DNA of 64,000 bases from Podarcis pityusensis (lineage: Eukaryota), in assembly GCA_964106645.2 (NCBI GenBank), contig OZ067038.1, one strand, 5' to 3'. The notes under the pieces were generated by a model. It searched no databases and was not told the DNA's origin. It worked only from the letters and a program-made list of their open reading frames with translations. Positions 13,068 through 25,818 of the stretch are shown one piece after another. Numbering within the stretch: the stretch's first letter is position 1; the number at the start of each line of letters is the position of its first letter. The position numbers and the translations under genes were made by a program.

Positions 13068-13340
13068 CTCCCAAGGTGCACATCGCTCCAGTGTCAGAGG
13101 CCCAGTGTCTCCAGACAATCCTGACTGGGATGCCTCTCCTCCTGGAGTGTGAAGTCTCTGCCTCTGATGCTACTGTCCAGTGGTTCAAGGATGGAAATCC
13201 TGTGGACCATGACATCTTCACGTTGCAATCAGAGGGCTGCATTCGGAGGCTGTTGGTTCATTCAGCCTGCCCCCTGGATTCTGGGACGTATACATGTGAC
13301 ACAGCTGATGACACTGTGGACTTCACTGTGATGGTGGATG
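13068..13340 (+). CDS. OBSL1: OBSL1 divergent Ig exon (APKVHIAPVSEAQ...CEVS..VQWFKDG..DSGTYTC)
   Basis: ttcag| and |gtgagt, 273 nt, intact Ig motifs. Confidence 0.88.
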
Positions 13341-14011
13341 GTGAGTTGAGTCAAAGAAATGTCAAAGGAGTGCATGAGGCAAGCCCTAAACCAGTAGTCT
13401 TCAGCTTTCCCAAACCTGAGATGCATTTTTAACTCATATGGACCCATTTATCCATCCCCCCCCCCCTTTTTAACATCTAGTTGTATGGTGGTGCAACATA
13501 CCTTATGTTAGCTCATGACCTCTTTTAGGGTCGCAACCCACCAGTTGGAGATCAAAAATGCTATTAGACCTAAAGTGCTGTTCCTGGCTGAAAAAACTCA
13601 GGAGCTGGTGACAACTTCTCAGAACAGCTGCCCAGTCGCTCCCTTCATTGCCCTTTTAGGACCTGAACCAAGTTTATCTACTTGAGGCCACCCATATCTC
13701 TGCCTTTCTTCATGCTCTCGTTATTTCATTGTCGTTTTTGTGTAATTTATAGGTGCCATACCTAACTGATTGTTAATAACCTCAGTAGCACCAGTCTCCT
13801 CTAAAACGGCAGGCATGCTGCAAGCACCAGGATCCCTGCTTCCCACCTGTACCTCATCCAAGAGGTCCCTTTCACTATCTTCTGCTCCACTGAAATGCAC
13901 AGCACTGAGCCTCCTGTTCCATTGCTCCCCCAACAACTCACATAAGAAATGATGCCCTCACTCTCTATTCCATGCTTTTATGACATTTCTATGCTATGGT
14001 GGTATTTTGAT

Positions 14012-14214
14012 GGAGATCCAGTGTGGTGTAGTGGCTAAGACCTGGTACAACAAGGTTCAAATTTCCAATCAACCATGTTTCTCCCTGGGTGATCTTGGGC
14101 CAATCACCGTCTCTCAGCCTAACCAACCTCACAAGGTTGATATGAGGATAGGATGGAGGGGAGGGACCACCTTGGAGAAAAGATGGGATATGAATGCAAT
14201 AATAAATAAATAAA
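14012..14214 (+). mobile_element. MIR/Ther1-like (CORE) SINE ending just upstream of an OBSL1 acceptor
   Basis: tggtgtagtgg A box; ctgggtgatcttgggc and cctcacaaggttg core; (AAAT)n tail. Confidence 0.65.
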
Positions 14215-14228
14215 TTTCTCCCCTGCAG

Positions 14229-14501
14229 AGCTACCTGTCCGAGTTCTGCACTCCAATGCAGATGCAGCCCATGCCTATCGGGTCTCAGAGCGTGTAGTGC
14301 TGGATTGTGAGTTGTCCTGCTCTGATGCTATTGTATGCTGGTACAAGGATGGAGAGGAGGTGGAGGAAAAGGATGGCCTCCTGTTGGAGAGCGAAGGGCC
14401 TCATCGCCGTCTGGTTATTATTGCGGCCCAGGTTCAGGACACAGGGGAGTTTGCATGTGGCACTGGGGGCGACACTGTCTTCTTCAATGTCAGTGTCACA
14501 G
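14229..14501 (+). CDS. OBSL1: OBSL1 Ig exon, duplicated type, copy 6 (ELPVRVLHSNADAAHAY...)
   Basis: ctgcag| and |gtaagt, 273 nt. Confidence 0.9.
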
Positions 14502-14752
14502 GTAAGTAAGTCTCCAGGGTTCAGTCCCAGTGATCTTGTGCCCAAATTCACCCTTCCTTTTTGACTTGGGTATGGATTTCTGTCTCTTGCTACTAACCAT
14601 GATGTTCGTTCTTCGCTAATTAGAGGAAGCCATATTTGAGATTTCTGGTTCCTATCCTTTCTGTTCTGTCTCAGAGCTTCCTAGAATTAAGTGGCTCTAA
14701 GTCATCTCACACAGGGGATGAAGCCTCATATATTCCTACATTTGTCTTGTAG

Positions 14753-15028
14753 AGCCACCCGTGCAGATTTTGCACCCAGTGGAGCGTTCACTAGAGAAGC
14801 ATATACAGGCATTTGAGTGCTTGGAGCTGAGCTGCGAGGTGTCCATTCCCAATGCCCCTGTGCGCTGGTTCAAGGACGGCCTGGAAGTGGATGAGACAAA
14901 CAACTTGTTGCTTCAAATGGAAGGTGCTGAGCGTCGCCTAGTTGTCCTGCAGGCGAGTGCTGAAGATGCTGGTGAATACATCTGCGAGACCAAGGATGAG
15001 TCTGTTTCCTTTGATGTTAGAGTTTCAG
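14753..15028 (+). CDS. OBSL1: OBSL1 Ig exon (EPPVQILHPVERSLE...)
   Basis: tgtag| and |gtgagc, 276 nt. Confidence 0.93.
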
Positions 15029-15647
15029 GTGAGCACTCTGATCTTGAACCTGCAGTTCTGAGAAGAAGTAGGAGAAAAAGCATCCAAAGCCCTAACCCAG
15101 TTCCAACTTTAAACCAGCGCAGAAACTTAAATTCTAAGCACCCCATTCCCAACACAGCCCAGACTGAGTTCCAACAGGCTAATCTGTAAATGAAGCCTTT
15201 CCTGTTCTAGTCCAGGGATGGGGAACCTGTGGCCTCTGACATTAGCCATGCTAGTGGATTCCCAACAGCAGGTGAAGGGTCACTTGTTATTCGCCCTGGT
15301 CTAGTCCCAGCCATAAATCTGGGTTTATATATTAGTGTATAGATTTGGGCACAGAATTATTATTAAAGCACTCACAATGTATATTATACCCATAAAATCT
15401 CTGGAAACGGAATTAATGCCAGGGACAAATGGAATAGTACAAGAGACACAGAGGTGCCATTACGCTGTGTCTCTTTATACCCTTTCTTATAAGGTGATCC
15501 AAAGAAAGTTTCATTGTGCTGTGGGTCTTCCATCCCCATCAGACAATGTCTGGCCTTCACAAACATATATGCCCTTTTATATTTTAGCAGGGGCTCATCC
15601 CTCTTCAGTACAGTGCAATTGGAACTTATTATTGGAAGTACCTACAC

Positions 15648-16005
15648 TGATGCAGGTGGCGCTGTGGGTTAAACCACAGAGCCTAGGGCTTGCCGATTGG
15701 AAGGTCGGCCGTTCGAATCCCTGCGACAGGGTGAGCTCCCGTTGCTTGGTCCCTGCTCCTGCCAACCTAGCAGTTTGAAAGCACATCAAAGTACAAGAAG
15801 ATAAATAGGTACCGCTCTGGCGGGAAGGTAAACAGCGTTTCCGTGCGCTGCTCTGGTTCGCCAGAAGTGGCTTAGTCATGCTGGCCACATGACCCGGAAG
15901 CTGTACGCCGGCTCCCTCAGCCAATAAAGCGAGATGAGCGCCGCAACCCCAGAGTCGGCCATGACTGGACCTAATGGTCAGGGGTCCCTTTACCTTTGCC
16001 TTTAC
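15648..16005 (+). mobile_element. Sauria SINE
   Basis: Highly similar to the copy at 7868-8226, with the same tail. Confidence 0.92.
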
Positions 16006-16082
16006 ATTGACGCCCAGAAATGTTCAGCAAGCATGATGCCAACTTAATCTACACCAGCAGATTATTAAAGTATTCTCTAATG

Positions 16083-16570
16083 AGAACATAAGAGGCCTGC
16101 TGGATCAGACCAAAGGCCCTTTTAGTCTGGCATCCTGTCCTCGCAGTGGCCAACCAGATGCCTGTGGGGAGCCCCACAAATCAGGCATGTGTGCAACAGG
16201 ACTCTCCCTGCTTGGGATTCCCAGAGACTGGGATTCAGAGACATCCTGTCTCTGGCACTGGAGGTAGTACACAGCCATCGTGACAAATAGCCTTATCCTA
16301 AACACTTCTTAAAGCTGCCCAAGTTGGTGGCCATTACAGTACTACATTTTCTGGTAGCGAATTGCATAGTTTAATTACATGAAGAAGTATTTAGTTTTGA
16401 CTGTCCTCCTGAATCTTCCAATGATCAGCTTCCCTGGATCACCCTAGGTTCTAGTCTGAGAAGGAGAAAAACTTCTCTGTCCGCTTTTTCCACACCATGC
16501 ATAATTGTATGTACTTCTGTCATGTCCCCCTTTCTCACCTTTTTTCCGAACTACAAAGCCCTAGACACTG
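16083..16570 (-). mobile_element. CR1 LINE 3' remnant; others at about 5630-6060, 24500-24680, 29680-29890, 34720-34990, 58560-58822 and 59515-59890
   Basis: aacataagaggcctgctggatcagacc CR1-type 3' end recurring across the window. Confidence 0.7.
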
Positions 16571-17451
16571 TACCTTTTACTTTATAGATAAATTTATTGT
16601 GCTCTTGCAGGCAAACCCTGAGAGAGCTCAAATAATCAATACAAAGGAGGGATTGTCATTCCGTGCATGCATGTTATGTGTTCGCCATAAGATCCCATCT
16701 CTTAGGGATTGGACTCCATAGTGCTAGTGGTGGTTTGGGAATCCCCACTGGCCAAAATTCACAGGGTCAATAAAATAATAACTCTTATTTAGACCAACAT
16801 TTGTTTACAATGCATTGTATGAGCTTTTGCTGGCCAAAGCTTAGGCTTTGCATACTGTGGAAATGCCAGAGCTTTGCTAAATGTGTTTCTAAGGAAGCAA
16901 TAAATAAATAGGCCATCTACCTAAATAGGGAATCTCCCTTGTCGTTTGGGGATCCAACAATGCTATTTGCATGAGTGCATCCTTCTATGGCTGCACTTCA
17001 AACAGCTCTCAAACATTTATTCTGACCAGTATATAAATTTGGCAAAACCTGTAGAAGGAGTTGAATGCTGCACAGAGGACTCCAGCTACAAATGTTTGGG
17101 CGTAAGCTGCTAGCATAGTGCTGCAGCAAAAAGGCCTGATACCACCCCCAGGTGTATTTGTGGGAACCTCTCTTAACCGTACAGACACCCTCCAGCATTG
17201 CTTTGAGTTCTAGCAGCCCTTTTAAAAGTATGGCTTTAAAATAATTCCTGGAGAGGGAAGTTGGAGAACTGTTGGAATGACCTATGTTTGGGGAAGTCAG
17301 GCCAAACTCTATGTGATACTCAGTTACACGTAGGGTTTCCTCAGTGTTTCTCCCACATGCCCCTCCAGTGAAAAATTTGTGGGTGTGGCCCAGCAACAGC
17401 AGTGTTGCCTGTGGCCGCTTCATATCTGGGCTGCCTGCCCTCTCCTTCCAG

Positions 17452-17727
17452 AGCCCCCTGTGAAGATCGTGCAGCCCCGCAGGACTCCCTCTGTCCTGAA
17501 GGCCTCAACGGGGGAGACAGTGACCCTGACCTGTGTGCTCTCTCATGGGAATGCGCCAGTCCGCTGGGTTAAGGACGGTGTCACGCTTGAGGCTAACAGC
17601 GGCCTCATCCTGGAGGAAGAGGGTGCCCGGCGGTGTCTGGTCATCCCTGCAGCTGGCCCAGAGCATTCTGGGAAGTACACCTGCAACGCTGTTGATGATA
17701 CCATGGCCTTCGCCGTCCAGGTGTCTG
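17452..17727 (+). CDS. OBSL1: OBSL1 Ig exon (EPPVKIVQPRRTPSVL...)
   Basis: ttccag| and |gtgagt, 276 nt. Confidence 0.93.
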
Positions 17728-20454
17728 GTGAGTGCAGTGCTCAGGGACCCTGGTAGCACCAGGGAAGGGAGCTGAGATAAGAGTGTGGGTGGGTGGTAGT
17801 TTGGGCAAGGGGGTGTTGGAATTCCAAGCCAATGTTGCTGGGATGGATTTCATGTACTGATCCATTCCAGACCCCAGACACTCTCATTGTGGGCCACGTT
17901 CCTTGCACTGCCTTCTGTACAGAGCAAAGTTGTCCTGGAGCTTATTAATGAGGACTGGCTGTACATTCCCCAGAGCCGGTGCTCTGGGCATCAGCATGAC
18001 TTTATCTCCTAAATCCAGACAGGTTCTAATTTGGTAATGAAAGCAGAGGCATAACAGTATTATTTCCTAAAGAACTGAGCCTGCAATCTCGTCTTGTATG
18101 ACTTTGGTAGCATTCTTTGCCAGTAGACTCATAACAAACACCCCTGACCATTAAAGTCTACGGGAAGTGTTTGCTCTAAACATTGGCTTTTTGTGATCTT
18201 CTGCCCTGGATTTCTGGTTCCTTGGCTTGCGTAGAAGTGTGCACTGGCTTTTCTTTGTGTTTTCTGCATTCTTGTACCGCTTGATGCCTTTGTTCCCTCT
18301 ACTATGTTTGCACATCATTCATTGTCCAGAGAGAGCTTGTGCATGTTGTTCTGAGCATGAGTTCGTAAGCACTCCACGTACTACAAATGCAACCCTATCA
18401 TTAGTGGCAGATTTTGGGTTATTGCTAATCACAAGTTATTTGTTACATGCAAGATCAAAACGAACAAACCAAAACCCATGCAGCCAGCTATACAGTAAAT
18501 AATAATACGGTACATTTAAAAAGCCAGGGCAAATAAGAAGAACATGTTAACCTGGAGCCAAAATATAAAATACAATGTAGGAGTTTCAAAGCTGGAGCAC
18601 CACCAGCAAAAAGGCTCCTCTTCTTCAGGGATATGGGTCCCCCCCTTCTGTTACTATGGGGAGCACCATTTGCATTTCCTACACCTGGCACAAAAGTGAC
18701 TTGTGCTGCCCTTTTCTTTCTCTGAGGCTCCAGAGATGGCCACAACCGGAGACATGCATGTTGTGTGTGGTGAGGTGAGGATTTAGGCTTTGGAGACTTG
18801 GGGTTTGAAGTTGGCTTCACACTCAAGGCTAGAGACCCAAAACCACAAATGTCAGGTTCATGGAGTTCTGTGTACAGAAACAATGTGTTCCATCTCATAC
18901 ATATTGATTTGAAAATATTCTTCCTCATGCACACAAGATCCCCTCTTGCTCCATCATCACCATCAGCTTATTTAAAGCATGTGCAGAGCAGTGGTGAGAT
19001 CACTTTGATGAATGGAAGAAACTTATTTTTCCTTGATATGCTCGCTTGCCAAAATAAATGCCCTAGAACTCAATTTTTTAAATGGACAACCCACAAAAAT
19101 GTAGCTGAACTGAATAAAAATGCTCTCTGGTTCCCTGGAACATTGTAGATAGGAGGGTTTTAATATGGCCCACATACCAAGGTTTCTCCTACCCAGTCCA
19201 AAGAACTGCTGTGTTGGGTTGGGAGGGGATTTGAAACCCTGCTTCTTCCTGATACCAGTTCAGATCTATTGCAGTTCCTGAGTGGACCATTTCTTTTGCT
19301 TTAACTGTCTGGTTTTAAGGATTGCCACAGTATTTTACCAACAGAGGTTGTATGCCTATAGCAGTGGAATGGCAGGCTGAAACCAACAGGTGAAGTTTTT
19401 CTTGTTATGTAGCTGCAGTGATAAGAAATGCTGTGGCCGTTGAAGGCCATTGCAAAAGTAGCAATCCTGTCTAGGTTGCTTTATTGAGCTACTCTTTACA
19501 TGCAGTTATCTTTTGGTGTGAGACATGTTCTCTGATTGTGATGCACTCTCTTAGTCTTAGTTATGTAAAAGGTTAAAACTGCAGGGGAAGATGTTGCTAT
19601 GTGCTGTAGATTCATTTCAGCCACAGAGGAGAAGCTGAAGAAGACTTTTGGTCTTGTCCAACCCCTAAGACTCAATTACTCTGAAATTTTATTAGATAGG
19701 TAGCAGCTGCTTAGTAGGAGTGGGGGGGTGGGGGGTGTCTTTATGATTTACCAGTGAAGTAGAGGTTCAGAATGTGAAGGAGATGAACAGTATTCATTCT
19801 GCACTTCCTTGAAAACTGGATCCCATCCCCTTGCTGCTTTGCTTAGAGAAGGGTATTCTTAATAGGACTGTTGCCAGCTTTGTAAAATGAAAACTTTTTA
19901 TGAGTGCATCTGGCACGATTAAGATGGGTTAATGCAAGACAATAATGAATAGCATGGATTCAGGGGTCATTTTCTCCTCAGATAGAGCCCCCTAGCTTCT
20001 TGGTGCCAAAAATGTTTTCCACCCCACATCACACCAATAAGCAACGGTAGCTTGCAAACAGGAAGCTCAACAGGAAGTACCTAATTAAATGGTACTTCTG
20101 GTCACAGGAGTATAGAGGGACAGTTGTCATTTTTGGCACAAGGGTTTCTCTGTTCTCTCCTGCCAATCATAAAAAAAGTGCCTTTCCCTTATTATTGGTT
20201 TGTCACAGCCAGTTCTCCAAGCTGGGCTTTATAGTTACAGTATTGGGGATGGCAGGGGAATGCAAATTCCACATAGGAAAATGAAGAATTGAGGATAGCT
20301 GCAACACATTTTTTTGACATCCTGTATGTTTTGAGCAGAAACCCAGGGAAATGCTTAGCCACAGGAATGCTATCAGCCTCCATAGAGGCTGGAGTAGTTA
20401 ACAGCGGTGTTAGCAGAGGGTCCCCCTAAAAGAGGGCACAGATTTGCATGTCAT

Positions 20455-20665
20455 GATGATGATGATGATAATTTTATTATTTGTATCCTGCCCACCTGAC
20501 TGAGTTGCCCCAGCCACTCTAGGCAGCTTCCAAGAAATAAAAGCATAATAAAACACCAAACATAAAAAACCCCCTTCCCTATACAGGGCTGCCTTCAGAT
20601 GTCTTTTAAAAGTTGTATAGTTATTTATCTCCTTGACATCTGATGGGAGGGCGTTCCGCAGGGTG
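20455..20665 (-). mobile_element. L2 LINE 3' end
   Basis: NALPSDVKEINNY..FKRHLKAALY plus 3'UTR hairpin and tail. Confidence 0.8.
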
Positions 20666-20883
20666 ACTATGAGCCTGCTCAGTCTGTTGTTCAGGTGTTC
20701 ACGGTTGATGAGCAACGTCAAGACCCCCGCCCGACCCTCCCGCTGCTTTCCCTTCTCAGGGTTCGGTTTTTTTAAAACGTTACTTGGATTGGACCACCCT
20801 TCAGACAAAGAACTCCTTCAAAAAGAGGAATGCTGTCTGCAAAGCAAGACACATGGCCATTCCATAAAGTATGCATTGGCACC

Positions 20884-21221
20884 TGAAATATACTCAGAGT
20901 CGAAAGTGGATTTCATGCTCTTTATTCAGCTCATAGTGGTGAGGAGGAATGAAAGTCCCCTCAAAGTATCTGCTTTATATACATTATTTACACAATGGGC
21001 TGCAAGTGATTGGCTAATTCCGGAATTCTCCTGTAGGCCAATCAGGTTGTGGATTCACTTCCATCTACAGCCGGATTGGGTGGCTCCTGCAGACCAATCA
21101 GACTGCTGCATTCTGAATCCTATTGTTCTAGGACCAATCAGACTGCTGTATTTTGGATCCTTTTGTTCTAGGACCAATCAGACTGCTGCATTTTGGATCC
21201 TATTCAACTCAGTACATAACA
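20884..21221 (-). mobile_element. Solo LTR (338 bp), TG...CA ends, 5-bp TSD GCACC
   Basis: TSD at 20879-20883 and 21222-21226; TATA-like and AATAAA on the - strand; three 40-bp CCAAT-containing tandem repeats. Confidence 0.85.
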
Positions 21222-22934
21222 GCACCCCTAACACTTTGATGAGAACTGATTAAAAATGAGCTGGGCTTTGTACACATTACTGGTTAAAATGCAGCAAGGT
21301 CTCCGCCCTGCTGCATTTCAAATCATAGTTGCATGCTGTCATACACATCATTACAGCTGGATGTGTTTCCAGGTTGCCTGCTGTCTGTCCATGCCAGTGG
21401 GCAGAGAGGGGGCGCGGAAGTCTTAATATGACTTATGTTTTCAAATTGTATTGAAGCTCATTTGGGGTAAAACACATCAAAACTCAGTATTTCTCAAGAC
21501 ACTGCAGGATAGATGTGGATTGTGGCTAATGTCATGTGTACACAGCTTCCCAAACCAGTGGTGAGTGTGCCCTGGATGCAGAGTCAATGGGAGTGTGTAC
21601 ACAACCCAGTGTGCTGATGAGAACAAAAGGAGTCTTGAGTGGGGGGAAATGTCTGCTGTGCTTTTTGTTTTGGCCTCTAGGTGGCACTGCATTTGTGGCA
21701 GTGGCGTGTAGTCTTGGCAGTGGATTTGTTTTCAGTAGAATCAGCACGTAAGTGATTATCAGACAATTTCTCAGAACTCATATCCAAATGACGGGACGGA
21801 GGCCAGGAAACAGGATGTTCTTCGACTTTTTTTGGTGGGGGGAGAGAGTAAGTAAAGAAGCAAGCAAGCAGCCCCAAAGGAGAACTCCGTCAATTAATAA
21901 ACTTGAGATGGAGAAAGATTGCATGGCCCACGAGAAGCGTGCTGGTTACACACAGCTAAGGAAAACTTATGCCCTGATGCACATTTGATATGGGAATTTT
22001 TCTCACAAGCCAAAAAGAATTTGTTATGAAGGCAAGGAAACAAAAGGAGCAAAATTCCAAGGCAATTGGGCATCTTAAGGGCCCCCCAAAACACACACAC
22101 GCACATGTACGTGATGCTGCTGAAGGTGTATGTGTAGACATGGTCAGCCTCTTGGATGAGAGACCCCTGGGAGGCTTCTGTAGGAGGAGGATAAGATATA
22201 TTTTCACGTATTGCTTCAGTTAGGCATATAAAGCCTACAGTGTCCCGGATGCTCACGTCATTTGCATTGACCAGTGCCTCTCCGCCACTTTTCTTCTGCA
22301 GGAGCAGTGATTGGATATAGCATAGCTAGTTTGAGACAGGCGGCTCAAAGTCAATTTAAACTTGACATGTGAAAATGGCAGCGCCCTCTATATCACTTGC
22401 ACTTTAACTCCTATGCCCTGTTTATTTCAATTGATCTTAATCTCCTTTAACATTGTAAACCTGCCCATTGGCTCAAAATGCCCAAAACAGTATACTGACA
22501 CATTTTTTGTATAGAAAATGGAAGTAATCGTTGTTATATTCTTTGCTGTGCCCAGGACTCTTTGCTCCCTGACACTGTTGTGAGCAAGCCTTCTTGGTGC
22601 TTAACTGAAGTCACTGGGACTGACCCTAAGCAGCAAGTCATCCCCAAGTCAAATGGACCCATAGCCTCAGAATGTTATTACATTGGTTAACCCCATGGAA
22701 GTTAGGTGCCCCAAGTGATATACTTCATTTCATTCCAGTTCTCTTAAACGACACAGTGCTTAGGACGCATTTTATGTACAACCAGGAAAAAAATAGTCTC
22801 TTGGGTAGGGAGGCTGTTGTTAGGATGAACACAATATGAATTGCAGAATGCTTTGCACAGTAAGAGCGCTATGAAAATGTTTACTAGATTGAGAAGCAGT
22901 GGAAAGTTAACAGAACTTTTGTTTATGCTGGCAG

Positions 22935-23210
22935 ACCCCCCAGTGCGGATTGTGGGGCGTGATGAACTGCAGACTCAGCACCGCTGCCTGACCTCGGAGG
23001 ACCTGACCCTGTCTGTGACGCTGTCTTGCCCTAAAGGAGAGGTGAAGTGGTACAAGGATGGAGAGAAGCTGCAGGACACAGACCGTGTGCGTCTGGAGCA
23101 GGATGGCGCGTGCCATTCGCTGGTGATTCTGGGAGCCGAGCGCTGTGATGCAGGAGAATATCTGTGTGATAGTGGTGATGACAGCATCATCTTCTACGTC
23201 ACGGTAGAGG
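22935..23210 (+). CDS. OBSL1: OBSL1 Ig exon (DPPVRIVGRDELQT...IFYVTVE)
   Basis: gcag| and |gtaagg, 276 nt. Confidence 0.93.
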
Positions 23211-25262
23211 GTAAGGTCTGGGCCTGGAAGGAGAGGGGCCGCTTTTGAGAACCTTAAAAAAAAAATCATTTTTTTCAAGGCAAGAATGCAGTCTCACAGC
23301 AGAAAGAGCATCATGTTCCAGTGTACAGATTGCTTCAATATTATTTCAGTAATCTAAATTCAGTAAGGGAGAAAAAGGTTTCGATGGGAATTTGTCCTCC
23401 CACGTACATTTGCAAAAGGTCAACTTATTCACAGTCATTACCTTTTGTTTCGTGTTTCCATCAACTACAGTTCTGGCTGCTATTGTAATGTTGCCCACAA
23501 ATTCTCAGTGTCTCTTGAATAGAATCTCGGAGGGATCCTCATAATGTTAGGAAAAGAAAGAGTGGGAAATTCATATCCTGTAATTTATTGCCTTGGCTTC
23601 TTTATGCCAATAGCATTCAGTTTCTTCTCCTTGACACCAACATGCATGTAATTAGCTTGCCTTCATAGTTGCATCTCCAGCTTCTATATGAAATGCCACT
23701 GATATAACATCTTGTAACATTTATCATTCAAAGCACCTGTTAAGTGGGATCTCTGCAACAAATAATCTCCCATCATCCATGGTGATTTTATGAGTTAAAA
23801 CTTGTTCTTATTGATGTTTGCAGTAATAATGAGAGTTGTGGATACTTGGTGCTTTAAAAAAAAACAGCATTCTAACAACAATCAACATTCAGTACCAAAA
23901 AAGCTGTATTCTACATGAATTACTTATGAAAACCAAGCAAATGCATATCTACTTGCTTATTTTCAAGAATGTTGGTGGTTTTGGAGAATACTAGCACCTC
24001 ATCTCCAACTGCTGTTGAGAACATATTTATATATTTTTATATATAAAAATATTTAGATACCGCTGTATCATAGAAATAGATCACAGAGTTTTACAATATA
24101 AAACCATAAAATCATATAGTAAAATCATTTTTTAAAAGAGATGGGTTTTAACCACTTAATGTGGAAACTCAGAAGGTGCCTGTGAACAGATAGTAGCTGT
24201 TGCAGAAAAGTACAAAGGACAAGTCCCTGGCAGATTGAGTTCTGTTCTGGGGTCAGGGGGCACTTCCAAACTCTCAGTTTTTTTACGCAATCAAGTTGAT
24301 TTGGTGCTGTCCTGCAACAAACCCACTTTCCCCCAAAACTGGACCTTTTGTGATAAGGAAAGTGATGGGAAAATTCACTGGAAAAGGTCAGATAACAACT
24401 GCTTGATGCAGAATTGTATAATCTCCCCAGGAATTAGAATGAATACTTAATAAACAACCTCCCTGCAGACTTGGTGCAAACATTCTCTATAAGCAGGTTA
24501 TCTGAAAGTGACCTGGATCAGGTCATAAAGCTACTGGTTGCTGCTAGTCCTGATCCAGTATATTTCATACAGTCTGCTTTTGAATGCCAGTTTCTGGGGT
24601 CACAAGTGGGAAGAGGGTGATTACACCCGTGTTTTGCTTGGGCATCTGGCTGTCCATTGTGAGAGCAGAATGCTGCACTAGAGAAGTCTTTGGTGTAACC
24701 CAGCAGGACTCCTCTGGTGTTGTTACAGCTGCCCACCCAGGAAAGAGACCCAAGGAAATCACTCCATCTGTGGGCAGCATGACAGGCCTCACTGGGCACT
24801 GAGAGGGCTGCAAGTGGTGGGCAGTGAGAACACCACAGTGTATGAGCTCTAATGCGCTGGTGTTTGATGTTTCATAGCAAACTGCCTATCAGTCCTTCAT
24901 GTGTCCTCTGAAATCAGTCTCATGTGAATACACTGAGCTTTTAAGGGTCTGCCCATTTAAAGGAATCTCTAGTTTTCCCCTCCCCCAAACCTGGGCCTGC
25001 TTCATGGTGGAAAGGAAGTGAGATAGGGTTGAAATTTGCTGCCTCATCCTTTGTTGGGTCAGAAAAGCACAATGTTCCCCACCTTTTTGTGTGGTATTCC
25101 TTTGTGCCCCCTCTGCTCCATCTTATCTGTGTTCGTGCTTGTGTTCACCCTCTTTATGACTACCGGATGGCAGATGGTTGTGTGTGCCTTTCTTCCTCTA
25201 GACCTGCAGACCCTGTCTGTGCCCTGCACTGTGACACCTTGTCTCTTTCTCTGTTTCCTAAG

Positions 25263-25538
25263 AACCTCCCATTTCCATTGTGGGAAACACAGGGGTTCCA
25301 GAGCACCACTCGCTGGTGTCCGGAGAGGCTCTGGTATTGGCTTGCAAGGTGTCTTCGCCTAGTGCTGCTGTGTGCTGGCTGCGGAATGGGGAGGAGCTGG
25401 TACCCAGCAAGCGGGTGCGCATTGAAGCCCATGGGAGACAACGCCAACTCACCATCCTTGGAGCCAAGCCGGGAGACTCAGGCTCCTATGTGTGCGATGC
25501 AGGGACTGACCGAATGGAGTCCACAGTTAAAGTGGCAG
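25263..25538 (+). CDS. OBSL1: OBSL1 Ig exon (EPPISIVGNTG...)
   Basis: ctaag| and |gtgagg, 276 nt. Confidence 0.88.
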
Positions 25539-25818
25539 GTGAGGCCTCGTCAGAAAAGCGAGAAAACTGGCAAGCCATGACTGGGGTTGAAAGTCGGGGG
25601 TACAGAGAGGTGGGCAGCTCAGAAATGGTGCTTATCCCATTCCTTCTTCACTGGATGGAGAACTCAGGAGCTGGTGTTGTGCAATTGCTTGGACCAGAGG
25701 TAGTCAAAAAGCAAGCTAACAAATTGCTGCCCTTTCATGACACCCAAAATCTGCTGCCTCAGCTGCCTCACTCTGCCTAGTGGTTGGGCCAGCCTTGGCT
25801 GGTTTCATTGCTTTGTGG

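Noticed and set aside
290-14501. Dscam-style mutually exclusive splicing of the duplicated exons
   Set aside because: Each exon is a whole domain with normal intron lengths, and I found no docking or selector complementarity; simple inclusion or skipping is more parsimonious
21092-21205. CRISPR-like periodic repeats (also 41186-41291)
   Set aside because: No unique spacers; tandem repeats inside an LTR or MITE in a vertebrate genome
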